A DNA stretch of 42,739 nt. Source: an uncultured Candidatus Bathyarchaeia archaeon (GTDB taxonomy: Archaea; Thermoproteota; Bathyarchaeia; 40CM-2-53-6; DTGE01). Location: NCBI GenBank assembly GCA_964489085.1, contig CAZAXO010000002.1:1-42739 (forward strand), in the 5' to 3' direction. Shown here in pieces: positions 26,175 through 35,408 of the stretch (the first letter of the stretch is position 1; every line of letters begins with the position of its first letter). A program made the translations under genes and the position numbers. The notes beneath the pieces were generated by a model. It searched no databases. It was not told where the DNA came from and saw only the letters and a list, made by a program, of their open reading frames with translations.

Positions 26175-26882
26175 GTGGAACGTATGCCAAACAATGTTGT
26201 CCTAGTAATAGCAGTAATTGTAAGTCTAGCCATAGGCGCTGGTGGAGCCTATGTATATACATCGGGTCAGGTCACTAAATTAGCCAAAGAAAATGATTAC
26301 TTCCAGAAACAAAATGACTATCTGCTTAACCAAGTCACAACTTTATCATCTGAGAAAAACCAGCTGCAGAACCAAATCAACTCCCTAACGGAAGAAAGAA
26401 CAACCTTTCTAACCCAAATATCTACTCTTAATGATGAAAAAAAGAACCTTCAAACACAAGTAAATTCTCTAACTTCTGAAAAAACTGATTTAGTTAACAG
26501 TATCGATTTATTAGCAGAGACAATAGATGCAATGCATTCAGGTGAATATGTTCAAAGGATAAATTACAACATAACTGCTGGAACCGTGCTGACTCAATTC
26601 TTTGTACTTGATAAATATGGCATAATTTGGGAAACCGTAGTTGATTTTACTGGCACTTCCGCAAGAACGGTTTATTATTACTGGTATAAAGGGATAAGAC
26701 ACTATGTAATAAGTTATAGAAGCTCGCTTGGTGACTATTACGAATATCTCTATGGGATAATACAATTAGATATATCTCCAGATTGGAAAGGGGGTAATCA
26801 AATCTGGATGGGTTATAATACTCGTACTCAGTTCCCCAATGTAAGCATGGGTGGAAACATGTTTGTTGATATAAGCTCATAA
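26175..26882 (+). CDS. Membrane-anchored leucine-zipper stalk protein with C-terminal globular domain (paralogue B)
   Basis: It has the same architecture as 24207..24899 and ends 'GNMFVDISS'. A 48-nt stretch across the TM segment (26206-26253) matches 24229-24276 at 45 of 48 positions. Confidence 0.85.
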   Translation: MERMPNNVVLVIAVIVSLAIGAGGAYVYTSGQVTKLAKENDYFQKQNDYLLNQVTTLSSEKNQLQNQINSLTEERTTFLTQISTLNDEKKNLQTQVNSLTSEKTDLVNSIDLLAETIDAMHSGEYVQRINYNITAGTVLTQFFVLDKYGIIWETVVDFTGTSARTVYYYWYKGIRHYVISYRSSLGDYYEYLYGIIQLDISPDWKGGNQIWMGYNTRTQFPNVSMGGNMFVDISS

Positions 26883-27180
26883 AATATTTATTTTAATAAT
26901 TCAGATGTAACGAAGTTTCTAATATTCGAATGTGGATAACGCATACACCGTTTTTATTTTTAATTTTTTATGTTAGATCACAGAACATATCAATATATTT
27001 ACATTCTTGTCTATAATTTATCGATTGTCTTAAAAAAATTAAATTATCCCAAAAAGAATATATGCCAGATGTATTAGAATTATATATGGATATTAGGAGG
27101 TAAATAAGAAAAAAAACATGACTGTCTCCAAATGATTCAGTATACTTTCCCGCATATGTCTAAAACCTGTTGCTGCTGGG

Positions 27181-28596
27181 ATGTATGGACAAATGGAACA
27201 TATCCCCAAAAAAATGAAATCGGCCTTTCTAAGTTTGTTATTTATTAGTATCTTTTTCTATGTAAACAGTATCTACCGAGTTAAAGCAGAATCCAACTTG
27301 CCTTTGCAGGAATACATTCTAACCCATGCTGAAAGCTTTCTAATAGACGATATGGACTCTGAGTGGACAGCGATCTATGGGAGCCTAACTTATAATTTTG
27401 GAGAAGCAGGTCTCACAGGGATACCGCGGAGTGATGGCTCCGAGAAACTAAGGTTAGAGAAAACACTTACTGAGCCTGTGGATCTCCATGGTTGTAACAT
27501 TGGATTCGACTTAAAAACCACTAACATACCAAGTGACCTATCCATATATCTAGAGGTTTACGACATTCATGGAAAGATGTGCAGGTGGGGCTCATATCAT
27601 AAGGGTATAAATCTCCTTGGCTCAAATGATTGGACTCACCACATCTACTCTAGCGCCGGATATTATTACATGACAAGCGACATAGACATGAGTGAAATCT
27701 ATAAGATTATACTCAAGTTTTACTCCGCTTATAGTGACTGGACTTTCTCAATCGATGATTTAAGAGCATACCCGAATGAGCCTCTTTACCCTAACGGGGC
27801 TGTATTGATTGCTCTTGATGGACCCTATCCTGGTGTAGAGAATTGGCTTGAACCTAAATGTGATGAATACGGGTACAAAGCGACAGTAGCCACGGCAAGA
27901 AGAAATTATCCAGACGAAGAAGACCTAATAAGATTGTACAACAAAGGATGGGTAATTTGCGTATATGCAAGAATGTACGATAATAGCTACCCTCCTAAAA
28001 TATTACCCACTATAGAATTTACTGAGAATACCATTGGAGAACTCTCTTACTTGCATAGTCTCGGCATCATTGAAGGGGCCAATAATATACATTGTAACAG
28101 ACACATATCTGACGTCGAGTCTCAAGACCTATTGGATGATGAGTTCTTTTTTGTGAAAGGTTCATCATTTACTTCCAGTAACAAGGTAGCTTTCCCATTC
28201 ACAGCATTTTACGGCGGAAGCACAAGTCCAGAAATTGATAAGAAAAATATTAAGAAAGCAAGTGATGGAGGTTACATGTATATATTGTTTAACCATCTAG
28301 ATGGAGGAAGCTATTCAGCAGCATATACGCAAGAAGACGTAAACGATGTAATAGATCTTATACACAGCCTAGGTATGGAGGTAGTAACTCCTAAAGATAT
28401 CTATGAACGGATCATAGAGTACTATGGAACGCCACCACCGCCACCACCACCGCCACCATCAGGTAATCTTATCGTTAATTTAGATGGCGAAGGCTATCAT
28501 ATAACAGAAAACGGAGTAATCATGCACTTTGAAACATACTCTGATGTCTTGGCATACTTAGAAATAAGATTCAGAATATGGGAAAATTTATATTAA
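27181..28596 (+). CDS. Secreted multidomain protein with poly-Pro linker; central degenerate NodB-like region
   Basis: The signal peptide probably starts at M 27214 ('MKSAFLSLLFISIFFYVNSIYRVKA'). 'VLIALDGPYPG..[~18]..KATVAT..[~17]..KGWVICVY' echoes NodB strand order but lacks the His motif. A P9 linker is followed by a ~40-aa C-terminal module. Confidence 0.75.
   Translation: MYGQMEHIPKKMKSAFLSLLFISIFFYVNSIYRVKAESNLPLQEYILTHAESFLIDDMDSEWTAIYGSLTYNFGEAGLTGIPRSDGSEKLRLEKTLTEPVDLHGCNIGFDLKTTNIPSDLSIYLEVYDIHGKMCRWGSYHKGINLLGSNDWTHHIYSSAGYYYMTSDIDMSEIYKIILKFYSAYSDWTFSIDDLRAYPNEPLYPNGAVLIALDGPYPGVENWLEPKCDEYGYKATVATARRNYPDEEDLIRLYNKGWVICVYARMYDNSYPPKILPTIEFTENTIGELSYLHSLGIIEGANNIHCNRHISDVESQDLLDDEFFFVKGSSFTSSNKVAFPFTAFYGGSTSPEIDKKNIKKASDGGYMYILFNHLDGGSYSAAYTQEDVNDVIDLIHSLGMEVVTPKDIYERIIEYYGTPPPPPPPPPSGNLIVNLDGEGYHITENGVIMHFETYSDVLAYLEIRFRIWENLY
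28432..28458 (+). repeat. CCA/CCG trinucleotide microsatellite encoding Pro9
   Basis: 'ccaccaccgccaccaccaccgccacca' is nine consecutive Pro codons, arranged as an imperfect 9-12-nt unit repeated. Confidence 0.9.
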
Positions 28597-28658
28597 GGTA
28601 AAACGGTTTTCTTAAAATAATAAAAACTATAAATAAGATTATTATTTATAATATAAAT

Positions 28659-29756
28659 ATGTTTGATGAATCATCAAAAAAAATATATTCATACAGTGAA
28701 GGTGACGAATATGACATTATTAATTTATTAAAGATATGTTTCAAAGAATGGAATTTATATGAAGACCCAATAAATTATTGGAAATGGAAATGGATTGATG
28801 CACCTGGTGGTTATAATATAATATTTATCAAACAAGATGAAAAAATTGTGGCTATCACACATATAATGTATCTTAAAACTAAAGTAGGTAATTCAATACT
28901 AAAAACTAGTTATAGTGATGATTTAGCAACACATCCAGATTATAGGGGTAAAGGATTATATAAAGAGCTTCGAGACCTAATAGATAATGAGGAACCAAGT
29001 AAAGGAAGTAAAATAATTTTTTCAATTAACACACATCCCGCTACTATATATTCAAATTTAAAAAGAGGAAGAGTAGTAATACCATATAAAATAGAGCAAA
29101 TGACATTAATAAAAAAAACTTATTTACACTTTAAAAAATTAAATTTAAATCATAGCACTTTATATTCAATTGGTTTTTCGCTATTTAAATTATTAAATAT
29201 TATTAGAAATATATTTAAAGGGTTTAAACATGATATAAATAACAATTATCGAATTAATAAAATTACACACTTTGATAATAAATATGATGATTTTTGGGAT
29301 ATTATTAAAGAAGATTATCTATTAATCGGTTTAAAAAACTCTGAATTTTTGAATTGGAGATATTCAGATATTAGAGGAGGAAATCATAAAATATACGAAA
29401 TTTCTGATAATGATAAAATTTTAGGTTTTATGATTCTTGAAATTCGTGATAATAATGGATATAAAACAGGATATATTTTAGAATTATTATCTTTAAAAGA
29501 TCGGGAAGATGTAATAATTCATCTATTAGAAAACCTGAAAAAAGAAATGTTAGAATTAGAAATAAATACTATAAATTTTAAAACAACAAGTAAAAAGATG
29601 ATTAAATTATTAGATAAATTTGGATTTATTAAAATGCCTTTTACTAAAGAATTCCAAGCGATGTATAAATTCATTGACTCCGATGAGGAAAAGATTATTT
29701 TCCTAACTGCTCAACCTGACGAAATATATTGGGGTTATGGAAATTACTTTTTATAA
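28659..29756 (+). CDS. Two-domain GNAT-family acyltransferase (paralogue 1 of 3)
   Basis: 'Y.EGDEYDIINLLK..F.EW......INYWKWKW.D.P', the motif-A-like 'DDLATHPDYRGKGLY', and a second GNAT-like half 'ILGFMILEIRDNNGYKTGYILELL'. It is colinear with 35409 and 36998. Confidence 0.8.
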   Translation: MFDESSKKIYSYSEGDEYDIINLLKICFKEWNLYEDPINYWKWKWIDAPGGYNIIFIKQDEKIVAITHIMYLKTKVGNSILKTSYSDDLATHPDYRGKGLYKELRDLIDNEEPSKGSKIIFSINTHPATIYSNLKRGRVVIPYKIEQMTLIKKTYLHFKKLNLNHSTLYSIGFSLFKLLNIIRNIFKGFKHDINNNYRINKITHFDNKYDDFWDIIKEDYLLIGLKNSEFLNWRYSDIRGGNHKIYEISDNDKILGFMILEIRDNNGYKTGYILELLSLKDREDVIIHLLENLKKEMLELEINTINFKTTSKKMIKLLDKFGFIKMPFTKEFQAMYKFIDSDEEKIIFLTAQPDEIYWGYGNYFL

Positions 29757-29811
29757 AGATACATTATAATATTTTTTATTATAAAATAAATTTTTTTATC
29801 TAGATACCATC

Positions 29812-31767
29812 ATGAAATCGATAAAAAAGGTTATGTGTGCACCGAGGCATAAGTGGTTAGTTAAGGATATTGGGTGCAAGAATATGACTTTTAACAACAT
29901 CGATAAGTACTCACTCACATTAAAATTGATTATATTTCTTACGCCTTTATTATTTTTATTTGGTTTAATTGTGCCATATGTTTTTGGCTATATATCTTAT
30001 TCAATTTATTCTCTATATATTACAATCCCGTTAATATTCGCTATTGTAATATTTTATTTAGTGAGAAATAAAAAAGATATTATATTTGAATTTAATAATA
30101 AATATTTATATATATTCGATGTTTTATATTCACTAATATATTTAATATCTATAATCATCCTTTTACATTACGATATTAGAATTACTTTATATTTTATATT
30201 TTTGGATTGTCTTTTTATTATTATTTTAATTAAAATATTATTTTTTAATGACTTAGAGTATAATAAGTACGTTATAATGTTCCAAATAATTATTTTTTTT
30301 ATGAATTTATCTTATGGAATCTCTTTAAAATATCCCCAGTTTATTGGAAGAGGTGATACAATTTATCATAGTTGGTATATTAAATTATTAATAGAAGGTG
30401 GCTGGAATAATAGAACTATTATATCTAGTTATTATAGATTCCCACTTTGGCATTTATTTGTATCAGCTGTATCAATCATTACTAAGATAGATACAGAACC
30501 TTATAAGATCATGTTTCTATTAAATGGAATTATAAATTCTAGCATAATTATTATATCTTATTATATTTCTAAATTTTTATTTATTAAGGAAAAAATAGCT
30601 TATCTAACGAGTCTATTACTATGCATATATCCTAGTTTCATTGTTAATACGATACAAGCGCTTCCAAGAGCCATAAATGGAAGTCTTATTGCAGTTGTGT
30701 TATTTTTATTATTAAAACGCGATTACACAGTCTTTAAAGTTTTAGTCCTTTTTATTGGATTGTCTATGATCCTTTTCCACCATGCTTCAATGATATCTGT
30801 TTTAGTTATTTATTCAATTATGTTTAGTTTACAATTTTTCTATAGCATTAAAGATGAGGATCAAATAATAGATTTAAGATATATATTAATTATTATGCTA
30901 TGTATAATGGGATATTGGTTTTCTTATGCAGATTTTCTCTTAACTGATATTATGGCCTCACTGGATATTAGTGCATCAGCTGTTTATTCTTCACCAAGTG
31001 GGTTTCAAATAGCGGAGATGCTTAACTTTGTGCAATATTCCCCCTACATATTTTTTACTACGATTAGTCTCCTTGCGCTGTTATGGTATGGTTATTATGG
31101 AGACAGAGTTAAAATATTAGGCGTGGTTGGCTTCGGTCTTCTTGCACTATCTATTCCTAATCCTTTATCGTCTGTATATAGCCGTTATACAACACTTATT
31201 TTTAATAGATTAATGGAGTATACCTCTGTTTTCATTATTATAATTACTAGTTATGGTTTATTCTACGTTTTTCAAAAAGTAAGTAAGAGTATTAAAATTA
31301 TATTTATTGTATTCATGTTTTTAACTTGTATCTTATCAATAGATAATGATTTTACAGCAAGTGATAACCCATTAATTAAAAGAGATTTCTATACTTACTA
31401 TCTTTCCAACCCAGAGATCAGTTCTATAGAGACTTTAATTAAAATTTCTAATAATAATTATTTAATGTCCGACTATCAAATTTGGCGGTTTATTGTTCAT
31501 TCAAACTATTCTTATAAAAGCCATCTTTTAGAAGTTGACTACAACCATACAGTGTTTTTTAAAGAAAGATATATGGATTTAATCGTGATTAGAGAAAGTG
31601 AATTACAAAAAAGGTCTTTAAACCTTTTCGCAACTAATGAATATATCAGAGATCCTTCTTGGGTTGAGGGTAGGTTAGTGTATTTATTTTATGATGAGCA
31701 AGTTTTTGATACCCTTAATACTTATAATCGTAATTATGATAATGGTAATGTAGTAGCCTATAATTAA
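29812..31767 (+). CDS. Polytopic membrane protein (~13-15 TM) with C-terminal soluble domain; Wzy/GT-C-like polymerase or transferase candidate
   Basis: 651 aa. The first ~500 aa are extremely hydrophobic, followed by a ~140-aa hydrophilic tail. No WWDYG (AglB) motif was seen. The start may be ATG 29884. Confidence 0.8.
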   Translation: MKSIKKVMCAPRHKWLVKDIGCKNMTFNNIDKYSLTLKLIIFLTPLLFLFGLIVPYVFGYISYSIYSLYITIPLIFAIVIFYLVRNKKDIIFEFNNKYLYIFDVLYSLIYLISIIILLHYDIRITLYFIFLDCLFIIILIKILFFNDLEYNKYVIMFQIIIFFMNLSYGISLKYPQFIGRGDTIYHSWYIKLLIEGGWNNRTIISSYYRFPLWHLFVSAVSIITKIDTEPYKIMFLLNGIINSSIIIISYYISKFLFIKEKIAYLTSLLLCIYPSFIVNTIQALPRAINGSLIAVVLFLLLKRDYTVFKVLVLFIGLSMILFHHASMISVLVIYSIMFSLQFFYSIKDEDQIIDLRYILIIMLCIMGYWFSYADFLLTDIMASLDISASAVYSSPSGFQIAEMLNFVQYSPYIFFTTISLLALLWYGYYGDRVKILGVVGFGLLALSIPNPLSSVYSRYTTLIFNRLMEYTSVFIIIITSYGLFYVFQKVSKSIKIIFIVFMFLTCILSIDNDFTASDNPLIKRDFYTYYLSNPEISSIETLIKISNNNYLMSDYQIWRFIVHSNYSYKSHLLEVDYNHTVFFKERYMDLIVIRESELQKRSLNLFATNEYIRDPSWVEGRLVYLFYDEQVFDTLNTYNRNYDNGNVVAYN

Positions 31768-31974
31768 TATATCATTTAGGAGCAGGCAGGAAATAATTGA
31801 TTAAAATTTACGCCCTTGCATGTCAAACCACTTTAAACATAGGCTACCTTAGCTCTACCGATAAGCCTTCAGGAAAAACCTCAGGCCTATTACAAAACAA
31901 CTATAGATAACCTGAGGGGCTCTAAATCGATACCGTTTTAAAATTTTTTACTAGCATACGCTTAGCGAAATTAC

Positions 31975-34900
31975 TTAAGTTACGTTATTGTTTACGCCTT
32001 CATCCACTATTGGGCCACTATTTCCGCTTCCTTGATTATTCTCAGTTGTAGAATCTAGCCTTACGCCAACCGCGCTTCCCACAATATAGTTATTGTTGAT
32101 GAGGCTGTCGCGAGTATTATCCAAGGTTATCCCTGTCGTAGGACATCCTGAGATAGTGTTATCAAGTATCTGTATATTAGTGGCACGTCTACCAGAACCT
32201 CCTAACCATATACCATAAGCGGCTGCGTCTGCGATCGTGTTTTTCTGTACTATAATCTCGTCTTGGTAGTAAGTTACTCCTGTAACATAGTAGGTGCCTA
32301 CTCTTATTCCATAAATATCTAGGTCATGGAAGTTGTTACCAAATATTCTCCCTGAATAACCCATATGACTTATTCCATATCCTTTCCCAGTTGCCTCGTT
32401 GTATAAGAAGTCGATAAACTCGCCTACGGGGTGGCAGTCGTACTGGTTCTGCACACCCCAAATTCCAGATGATGATATCCAATACTGGCTATCCTCGCTA
32501 TAGCATTGCAGTATGGTGATATGTCTGGGTACTCCCGACATTGTCGAGGAATCAGCTGCAACCATGGCGTGTCGGCAATTATAGAACTCACAATATTCTA
32601 TAACCACGTTCTGACACGCATAGATTATGTCAACGCCGTACCCGGCCCCATCCAACGTGGCTTTTTCAAATATGTTGTGGTCTATTCTGCTATTTATGAC
32701 GCTATCGAAGCGTATAGCTTTGGACTCTATTCCATCGAATTGACAGTTAGTAATTCTTATGTTATCGCCATATATGAATCGTAAACCATCGAACTTCTTT
32801 TGTTGAACTGAAGGGTAGGTATCCCAAGCGTTTATCGTGTTCAGGAATCTGATCCCTTCGATAGTAATATCTTGTACAGGTTCAACCAGCGATACACTTG
32901 TTGTTGATTGAAGGTAGGTATCCTCAAGTGGAGCTTCTAAGGTTAAGGTGTTCCCGTTTATCCCTACTACTCTGCGTATCTCTCCCTGTTTCAGCCCAGG
33001 GGAGTTGTCGTGCCATACATCTGTTGACCAAATAAATATTAGATCATCGATGATCGCGCCCAGATTTGTAGCTGTTGTTACGGTAGTCTGACCTTTATTT
33101 AATGTGCTTGCAGGTTGTACTGTAACAAGTGTTTGACCAGCTGTATACATTATTGTTGAAGATACGGGTAGGTTGCTTACATCAAGAACGGTACCTGCCT
33201 CGCCTTTCAAGTTTATTCCGCTTCTCCCTGTTAGTCCAGAGGTTAATGGGTAAATTCCCGACTTTATCAGGATCGTGTCACCGTACTCAACTTTGGAGGA
33301 ATCTAGTGCGTTTGTTTGTATCGCTTCGTATGCCGTGCTAGAAGACATAGTAGTGCCATCTGCATAGGTAGTCAAATATGAATTTAGACCCAATAACTGA
33401 ACTGTGTGTATGTCAGAGTAAGTAGACTGTGAGAATGTGGCTATTACTGTCTTGTCTGAATCCATTATAATTGAAACAGGATTTGTAGAGCCAGACACAT
33501 CACCACTCCAATCACTGAATGTCCATCCAGAAGCAGGGCTCGCAAATAGTTGAACCATTGATCCAGAGTCGTAAGATACTTGATCAGGAATTCTAGTTAC
33601 TGATCCTTGTCCCACTGTGTTAACAGATAATGTGTAACCTGATGGCGGTGTTTCTGTTGTAGTAACTTTATAAGTTTCACTATCTTTAGCTTCAAAAATG
33701 ATGTATCCTTCTGGTGATGCCCAATGTTCAACTGGTAGACCATTACTTACACGAGTTACAGAAATTACTGTACTTTCTTGTATTTTGACTAGAACTATCG
33801 CGTTGTATCCGTTTGTATCTACTTCGATATCGGTATAACCAGAACCAATAGTCGAAGTGGGTACAGCATCTAATTGATTACTATTGATCATATACCAATT
33901 CTGATACCCTGTCAACTTAACATCATTACTGATAATTGCAGCTAACCATTGGTCAAACAAAACAGCATCTATATCAGAACCAGAAGGAGCTGGGCTTACC
34001 TCTGTTGTATGTACATAGATTGGTATCGTTGCTACTCCAGCGTTAGCCGCACCCATCCAATAATCGATATTGTCGTCTATTATATCATGGGATCCAACAT
34101 TAACTTGTGGATAAACCCTCCACATTCTTAGAAACATATTCAGGTTATCGTACACCCATTGTTCTTTCATTGGATCATCTAAACGCCCTCTACCTAGAAT
34201 ACACCAACTTAAAGGTGGACGACCTCCAAACGAACTTGTTATGCTGTTATACTCGTTAGTCATAATAGCTTGTTCCTCCTCCCATGTGTAGGTTGTACCA
34301 TCTCCAAGAGCGTAATCTGTGAAGTGAATGCCCACTTCCCAACCATCATCTACAAGACCGTTTAAATATGAAAGGTAACTTTGATCCAAGATATAGTCTA
34401 CATCTGCAAATATTGTACCATTCATTCCTGCTGCTCTAATTTCATTCATACCAGCCTCTACGCCAGAGCGAGCTTTTGGGCCATCATAACCATATGCTTG
34501 ATATTGAGTCGATCCAATTACGCTAACTAAGCCAGGTGCATTAACTTGCTGAGTAACGTGATATATGGTTGCTACACCTCCGGCAGAGGAAACCCCCAGT
34601 GTCATAGGAGTAAATATGTTTGCACTCCGATCTGTTATGTATGCAGGTTCATAGTATGGTAAATCGTCAGTAAAAGTCCCAGCTGAAATATTAGCTATTC
34701 CTAGACTAGAATCCGTATCAATCGTTATAATTGCTCGATTAGTACCCATGTTCCAAGAAAAAACAGTACCTGACCTATGAATACCGAGAATATAAGTACC
34801 AGAGAGCCTGAATCTGACCCCACCTACGCCTAAATACCCTCCAGATGAATCCCAACCAACGTCCACTATAAATCTAGATTTAACTGTCGGCACTAAACCA

Positions 34901-35112
34901 TAAATGGTATTAGTTGTTCCAGTTGGGTAATCCTGATCATAAACCGTCACCCATTCGTCAGGGGGTGAATCGGTTATTATAGATCCATTTGAGAAAATGA
35001 TTATAAAATCTGATAGTATCGACTTCGCTAGAGGTGCAAAGATCAAAGAACTCAAGAGGACAAGAAGAATGATGACAAATATCTTTAATGTACACTCACG
35101 CTTTTTCTTCAT
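31975..35112 (-). CDS. Secreted tri-modular protein: divergent NodB-like domain + InlB B-repeat-like domain + right-handed parallel beta-helix (pectate-lyase-like)
   Basis: It has a signal peptide 'MKKKRECTLKIFVIILLVLLSSLIFAPLA'. Residues ~50-480 are paralogous to 20529..22316. 'YTLSVNTVGQGSVTRIP....Y..GS.V.L.A.PASGWTFSDWSGDVSG..NP..I.M..DKTVIATF' is the B-repeat. The C-terminal ~450 aa carry repeated 'I.I..C.F', 'N.I.' and 'G(I/V)' beta-helix rungs ('ITIEGIRFLN','IRITNCQFDG','VVIEYCEFYNC','IQILDNTISG'). Confidence 0.85.
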   Translation of the reverse strand: MKKKRECTLKIFVIILLVLLSSLIFAPLAKSILSDFIIIFSNGSIITDSPPDEWVTVYDQDYPTGTTNTIYGLVPTVKSRFIVDVGWDSSGGYLGVGGVRFRLSGTYILGIHRSGTVFSWNMGTNRAIITIDTDSSLGIANISAGTFTDDLPYYEPAYITDRSANIFTPMTLGVSSAGGVATIYHVTQQVNAPGLVSVIGSTQYQAYGYDGPKARSGVEAGMNEIRAAGMNGTIFADVDYILDQSYLSYLNGLVDDGWEVGIHFTDYALGDGTTYTWEEEQAIMTNEYNSITSSFGGRPPLSWCILGRGRLDDPMKEQWVYDNLNMFLRMWRVYPQVNVGSHDIIDDNIDYWMGAANAGVATIPIYVHTTEVSPAPSGSDIDAVLFDQWLAAIISNDVKLTGYQNWYMINSNQLDAVPTSTIGSGYTDIEVDTNGYNAIVLVKIQESTVISVTRVSNGLPVEHWASPEGYIIFEAKDSETYKVTTTETPPSGYTLSVNTVGQGSVTRIPDQVSYDSGSMVQLFASPASGWTFSDWSGDVSGSTNPVSIIMDSDKTVIATFSQSTYSDIHTVQLLGLNSYLTTYADGTTMSSSTAYEAIQTNALDSSKVEYGDTILIKSGIYPLTSGLTGRSGINLKGEAGTVLDVSNLPVSSTIMYTAGQTLVTVQPASTLNKGQTTVTTATNLGAIIDDLIFIWSTDVWHDNSPGLKQGEIRRVVGINGNTLTLEAPLEDTYLQSTTSVSLVEPVQDITIEGIRFLNTINAWDTYPSVQQKKFDGLRFIYGDNIRITNCQFDGIESKAIRFDSVINSRIDHNIFEKATLDGAGYGVDIIYACQNVVIEYCEFYNCRHAMVAADSSTMSGVPRHITILQCYSEDSQYWISSSGIWGVQNQYDCHPVGEFIDFLYNEATGKGYGISHMGYSGRIFGNNFHDLDIYGIRVGTYYVTGVTYYQDEIIVQKNTIADAAAYGIWLGGSGRRATNIQILDNTISGCPTTGITLDNTRDSLINNNYIVGSAVGVRLDSTTENNQGSGNSGPIVDEGVNNNVT

Positions 35113-35408
35113 CTTGGCCCCGCCTGATTTGATAGATAAATGAACATTTAATATAAAGGATATTATGGGCTTTAAATATTATTTAAAAAACGTGGTTATA
35201 AATTTAGATAGAAAATTATTTTATTAAATGGTAGAAATATCAGATAACAGTAAAAAGGGGATATTTACTAGTGTAAGACCCATAATTAATAAAGTACGGA
35301 ATAAAGAAATCATGTATCTTTCCTAGAATACACCGTACCAGAGCAAGTCGACTTTATTTATACTACGATTATATGAGTAAATGTTAAATATTTTTATGGC
35401 TCATCATA

